Assembly (NCBI RefSeq): GCF_009914755.1
Contig: NC_060937.1
DNA: 64,000 nt
Direction: 5' to 3' (one strand)
From: the human T2T-CHM13v2.0 reference genome, Homo sapiens
Shown here piece by piece: positions 57,916 to 64,000 of the stretch. A program made the translations under genes and the position numbers. Positions within the stretch are counted from its first letter, which is position 1; each line of letters begins with the position of its first letter. The notes beneath the pieces are model-generated. The model was given only the letters and a program-made list of their open reading frames with translations, had not been told where the DNA came from and ran no database searches.

Positions 57916-60900
57916 GTAATTCAAATACAGAGTTTCCTTATTGATTATGTCTATGGTGTTTTCCCAACTGCTCTTTTTGTTGCTGAAATTGAATTATAGT
58001 TAATGGAATATTAAAGAAAGCCATAGGTTAACGGTACATCATTTTGACGATCATCACATCATGTGTACAGACTCAAAATGAAGAAAATGTAATGTATGCT
58101 CTATGCTTTGAAAACCAAATTAGAAGTCTATCTTCACTCCAAGGATCTTTCTGCCTACAGAAATAAGGCTAGAACCTACTCTCTGAGCTAGGAGAACCGA
58201 GCTAGGAGAAAATAAAATCAATTTCACTCGGGAAGAATGGCTGATCTGTTTTTGTGTCCCTTTAACTCCAGCAGTTTAATAAATACTTGTGATTTAATGC
58301 CCAATGAAGATATTATTGAAGGAAAACCAAGCCTCAATCTCTTCTTGGCAAATGAGAAATAACTACTTGGAAATGTAAATACCAGTTCAATTAATTCCAA
58401 TGTAAAGTGGACACCTGATGATATTTCAAATATGCTGTTATAAAGAAAATACTGAGTATGTTTATTTTAAAAGGATTCTAAATTTGTTTTAAATTATAAA
58501 CTAGTTTTCAGTTATTCTGCCCTATTCTTCTATGAAATTCACAGAAATTATTGTGGCCATTTTATATTTGTTATTTCCCCCCATTTAAAATACGTTATGA
58601 AAAACCAATCCCTAATTTCTCATAGCTTATTTTATTATTTGAAGACAACTTTTTCTTATTTCTCAGTTACTTAAAACAGATATATTTAGTGTCTGTTATT
58701 TTATTTCCCTCAGTGATGCATATACAATAACTCTTATTCACTAATATAATTATTAATATATAATTTATAGAAATTTGACTGGCTCTATTATATAACTTTG
58801 ATAGCTACAAGACTCATATTTATAAATTGATAGTTAAAAGGTATTCAGAAGAATGGTATTGAAATAATACTGTAAGAAATCATGGATTGAAGTCAAAGGC
58901 ATTGCTACCTACATTTAAATCATTCATGCAGTGTTGTAAATGTACTATTTTGTGCATGTATATCAACCAAATTGTTGCAACACATAGGTCAGCATGCACA
59001 CATAACAGAGCCCTTTCCCCTAAAATGGCATGCTTTTTTCTTATCATAATCTTAACTATTCAAACCTATTTATATTTAGAGAAAATCAAGAATATGTGTT
59101 TTTACAATGGATAATAAATAGTCTAACTGAGTTCAGTAGTTTTAAACATTTTATGTCTACATAAACTGGTACAAAGATGCCATTATCGGGGCAATTATCC
59201 TCTAGGTCTCCTTGTAATGAGGAGTTTACGCTGTCAAGTGTGGGAAATTTACAATCTCAAGTGTGGAGCTTAAGTGGAAAAGTCCTCCTTGGTAAATATA
59301 ATGGATTAATTATGTTTTCCTGTAAGGAACCTATGAAATCAGGGAAGTCCAAGTTTGGTGTCCCCTTGGTATTTGGGATGAAAATTAATACTTCTTTCAA
59401 TGGTAGTAGTTCTCCTTTGATTTAAAAAAAACTTAAGTGGCATATACAATAAGGAGATAAAAATTAAAAAGCTATTTAAATTCCTTACTTTATTATTTTT
59501 TTCTCATTGCATTATGTTATCCACCCCGAATACACTGTAAACATGGCATAAGGGGATAGTGGTTTACCAGGAAATCACCCAACTGGCCACCGATTGAACT
59601 GAAAAAAGTAATCTCTATATACTCTTATACTGGGTTCCAGGTCAAAGATCTGTGCTGATTTTTTTTCCAGTATCTAAACTGCTTAGCAAGTCAAAGAAAC
59701 TTTGAGTTAGCCTAAGTTAAATTGTAGCAATAATAGACATTTTCCCAAAATAATTTACTATTAAGCATACATATTATTTACTACTGAGCATACATAATGC
59801 AAAATCCCATTATAGTAAACTCAAACAAATTCAGTCTCATATCTCAGAAGTCATAAAACCTAAGACTAGCAAGAAAAGTGTTCAGAGGTAGAAAGCAGTT
59901 GCCAGCATTGATTGAACATCGGAATGGTAACAGTCACTAGGAAATCAATGCTTGACCTTATAGTAGTTGCTTGGTGGCCAGGTTCCTAGGACTCGTCTTT
60001 CTGTAGGACACACAAACTGTCTTGTTGTCAGTGTTCTCTTTGAATCATGCCTCAGATTTTCTGCTGGCCCAGTGTTTTGATCATCTGTGTCCCTGAATTA
60101 CAAATGCAAGACTTTCTGCTTCTTTCAGCATTCCTCACCCCTCCCACCTTTTCTATAGCAGTCCCCAGGAGCTCACCTTTTCTGCACGTGAAAAGAATAC
60201 TCACTCAGTATAATCATTTATGTGAACCACCTAATTACCCTGCAGGATATGACTCATTTGCATATAATTAAATGTATTCAGTTTTAAAATATTTTAAATT
60301 TTCTTTGGCAACGTTATGATCTATTCATGGTCACTGAGCTATAGAATTTATTGCTCATTTGGTGTGGTTTTAGGCTTATAGCTAATCTTTGCTGAAGTAT
60401 TTTAGATACAGGTAATAGAAAAAAAGCAATTAAGCTCCATATGGTGCCAAATTTCTTTTGTCCTTTTTCCAGTATTCTTCTCTGCCCTCAGAAAACAGGC
60501 GTCAGAGGTTGCTATCACATCCTCATTTCATCTTTGTGCCTCTTCTCTTTTCCTCTGCTCTCTTTACCTTAATAACCCATCTAGGACTTTCCTCCCTTCA
60601 GCACATTAGCAGTCCTTTTTATAAGGTCAAGCTTCACTTGTCGGTGTTATTACCTGTACAATATTAGTTTTACAAATGGCAAATGGAAAAATAAAGATCC
60701 TCTTCAACACAGAAGCCCACAAGGGCAGGAGTGCTTATGGCTTCAACAGGTCAAATTCAGACCCAGAAAAGGAAGAGGATTGGTGAATACATGTGAGGAC
60801 TATGTTCAGGAAGCCAAAGGGTATGTGCTACTGGACGCCTGGGTAGGAATGTTCAAACTACTCTGAGAAAACAAAAGGACTGTAGAAAGAGTCTTATTTT

Positions 60901-61123
60901 AGTGCAAATAGTAATAGTAACAGGAAAGAAGACAGTTGAGGAGAGGGAGAGAACAGACGTGAGGCCAGCAGATCTGACCAGCATGACTCGGAGAGCAAGG
61001 AGCATCACTAAGCATGTTTCATCATGGTTTTAGTCTTTTGCCTGAAGCATTGTTTGTTTCTATTACATCATGCATGCCAATCCCCAAATTACTTACAAAA
61101 ATTACTTCAAATATCACTATAAC

Positions 61124-61257
61124 TAGGGTGACTATATAATTTATCCTCCAAGCTGGGACACCTTTGAGGATAAAAGAGGGTGCTATTAATATTTACACTG
61201 GAACAACTTGTGTGAAGCAGAAGTGTCCTGGCCAAACTCGGACAAACGATCATCCTA
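61124..61257. mobile_element. MER94-like hAT-Blackjack MITE
   Basis: Terminal inverted repeats tagggtgac...atcatccta; internal ggtgctattaata and tgtcctggccaaac. Confidence 0.75.
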
Positions 61258-64000
61258 ACGACTGTTCGTCTATACGGAAACATACACACGATTGAGGCTT
61301 TCAACAACAAATATGTATTAAGCACCTGTAGTGTGGCTGGGTGTATAATACAGTTGCATCTCTAATTAGGGGTGACCAAGTTCTAAAATTAGCAAGCAAG
61401 GCAGAAGTTAAATGTATCAAAAGTATTCTTGAGCACTTCTTAAACCTATGAATTTTTTGAAGATTAATGTATCATTTTAACACAGGTAACAGATCTAGTT
61501 TTTCCTCTAGCATTAAACCAATCAACCCCTGCCCCTACCTCACTGTATTTCAGAAGAAGTAGGAGACATGCATTTAGGGGGCGATGTGTATTACAATTTC
61601 ATATTGCTACATCTACTGTACAGCAAAGTGTAGTCACTGTGTAGAGATGCTTATAGCATAAGGGATCCACAGAGCTGAGTCTGACAGTGGGGGGCAGGCC
61701 AATGCCTCCCATTGATGCTCACTCTGGGCACATGCTCAGATGTTCTGCCACCATTTATTCGTAAGTATTTCAAGTCCATATGTATGGTTGACTTTGAGTA
61801 ACTTATGCATAATATGATGCTACTTTCAAAATTGAAATATATACTTAACTTGAGTAGTTAACTCTAGTTATAGGAAAAAGATGGCAACATAAACAAATCC
61901 TTATGATATCATAAGGAACACAAGGATTACGTAACTAGATATAGGGACTAGGAAGAAATAATAACTACATCTGCTTCAGGGGGATCAGTGAACGTGGACT
62001 TTCTCCTAATCTATGGTCAATGAATAGAAATTTTCCTGACAGTGAATCCATGAATTGTGGCTTGGGGAGACAGGGAGGTGAGCATATTGAAAAACAGTGA
62101 AATGCATGTAAAGAGAGCTCTGTCAAACTCTGTGGGATTTACAGTAAGAACATGAGACCTACAAATAGAACAAATACTGTTAGTTATCTATATCTTTCAT
62201 TTTTAAATTGTTGTGAGAAAGAAAGAACCCTAATAGGAGACCTAAAATTAATCCATAGTGTCATATTGTAAAGACCTTCTGTGGACAAGATAGAAAGTGA
62301 TTATTTAAATGAAATGTGTTAAAGGACAGAGTTAGTTTCAAAGATATAAGCCCTTTCAACTACAAAAAGCCTTTTTGTGTGTGTGTCTTCTATTTATTGC
62401 CACAAATATCAGGACACAAACTGAAGCCTCTAAAATGCAACAGTCTTAAAATCATGAAAAATACATCTTTGTATTGCTAACAATTGGGGGATTTACTAAA
62501 ACCAGGAAGACCAGATACATGGAAAAGTAGTATAATCAGTGATTTTTGAGATTATACTACTTATACAGAGATCACTGTTTGAAAACATGTTTGTTGCACT
62601 CTCAACCTCACAAGACACCATTCCTTGAAACTGACTTCAAGACTGTGCATAAGAGCATCACCTTCCATAGAAATCTTTCAGCTTTGAAGCCCTGGCTAAT
62701 GAAGAACATATATTTAAAGCCCGTTTATCATAATAACCATATAATTACAGAATTTAGCATTTTATTTAACCATATTTAATTCTATTTTACAGCTCTCTTA
62801 CAGTATGGCTGAGCTTCTTTTTATTTTCTTTTTACCCTCTCATCCCTTGCAGAACAGAACCACCGATTTTATAATATATGATACTCTGGACTTAGCATGG
62901 GCAGTGCACTTTTCCCATTTTATATTTCCCAAATATTCAGTGATAAAATATAATCATTACATACATAGTGTACATTTCCATTGACGTTCAGGAAAAATAT
63001 AATCTCCCTATATCACATACAGCTATTTGCTTAGGAAAAATTTCTGTGGGGGTACCTGTGTGTGCTTGAACACGCATACCTTGGCAAATCCAAAACATTT
63101 AACTAGGAGCAAAGAGTTATGGTGCAGAGTCTAGAAGACTACACTGCAAATGCCAGCAACTAACACTCCCGTGTCCCCTGACATCGTAGGAATTTACAGG
63201 GACGGGTTTAAGTCCAGAAAATGTTTCATTTCAGCTGACTGTCTCTGGTACTTGGTAGAATAATAATAAATTCCCAAGATCTGTTTTAGATGTGAACTCT
63301 CAGCCTGGAAGGACTTGTCCTACAAGATACAAATCACCATGCCATGCCCTTGTTAGTACTTTGCAAACGTCAGGTAATGTCAGCAACTCAGAAAATAGAC
63401 AATAATACAGTACGCCTTCATCGGTGAAGCAAAATTTCCTGAAAAATTAAATTTTAGGTGATATTTAGAAATTTGCTGTTTTTCAAAAATTGTCACAACA
63501 GCTATCACAGTCTACGTTTGCATGTCGAAGCATTTCTAATCCTAGACCATAAATGTTTTGCTTAAAAACTCTTTATGTGTGCAGACCTTGCAAAACAACA
63601 AAAAACAGTTCTGATCTGATATGAAAACTCGGGGAGCAATTCCTCTAATTATAACAGCTGGGTAGGGAGAATTTCTGCTGGCATGGAAAAGAACAGACTT
63701 CTAATATGGCCATTTACAAAGGCAAATGTAAAGGTGAATGATTAACTTGAAAATACCCAATGGCAGAAACTGATTATGACTTGGGACTATTGGTGAAAGC
63801 ACAACATGGAGACAGGAAAACACAGAGATATGACAGTGAAGGCATGCTGAGAGAGACAGAAACAATAAAATGAAGTATGAGACAGAAAGAGAAGGTGACT
63901 AGATAAAAGGGTAGTCAGGAGATAATCTTAGACTTGTAAACAAATGCTTATAAGCAAATAAAGAATGGCACCAGAGGCGTAAATGAGGTACTGTAACATG

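Noticed and set aside
61604-61660. Imperfect hairpin (catct.ctgtacag...ctgtgtag.agatg) as a miRNA precursor
   Set aside because: The stem is short, with bulges and G:U pairs, and matches no miRNA I recognise.

Overview
AT-rich, CpG-poor primate genomic DNA, most likely human or great ape (young AluYk11/12-like and AluYe5-like copies). I found no intact protein-coding gene. The only recognisable gene-derived sequence is a processed HMGB3 pseudogene (~20092-21926, +) with a premature stop, frameshifts, 3' UTR and poly(A) remnant. The rest is interspersed repeats (L1, L2, MIR, Alu, MaLR/ERVL LTRs, hAT DNA transposon fossils), microsatellites and repeat-poor unique stretches with a few exon-like splice-site pairs. 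Subfamily names come from recalled consensus sequences, not a database search, and boundaries of old repeats are approximate. I cannot support a new multi-gene biological system. The most notable signals are: two apparent templated local copy events (81 bp at 19127/19763; a 23-bp filler at 11602 matching 13671); a tiny twin-primed inverted L1; three-layer nested insertions; all eight independent L1 3' ends on the minus strand; an MLT2A1 solo LTR that keeps a DUX4-type motif but seems to have lost its splice donor and polyA signal; and a possibly polymorphic young AluY.
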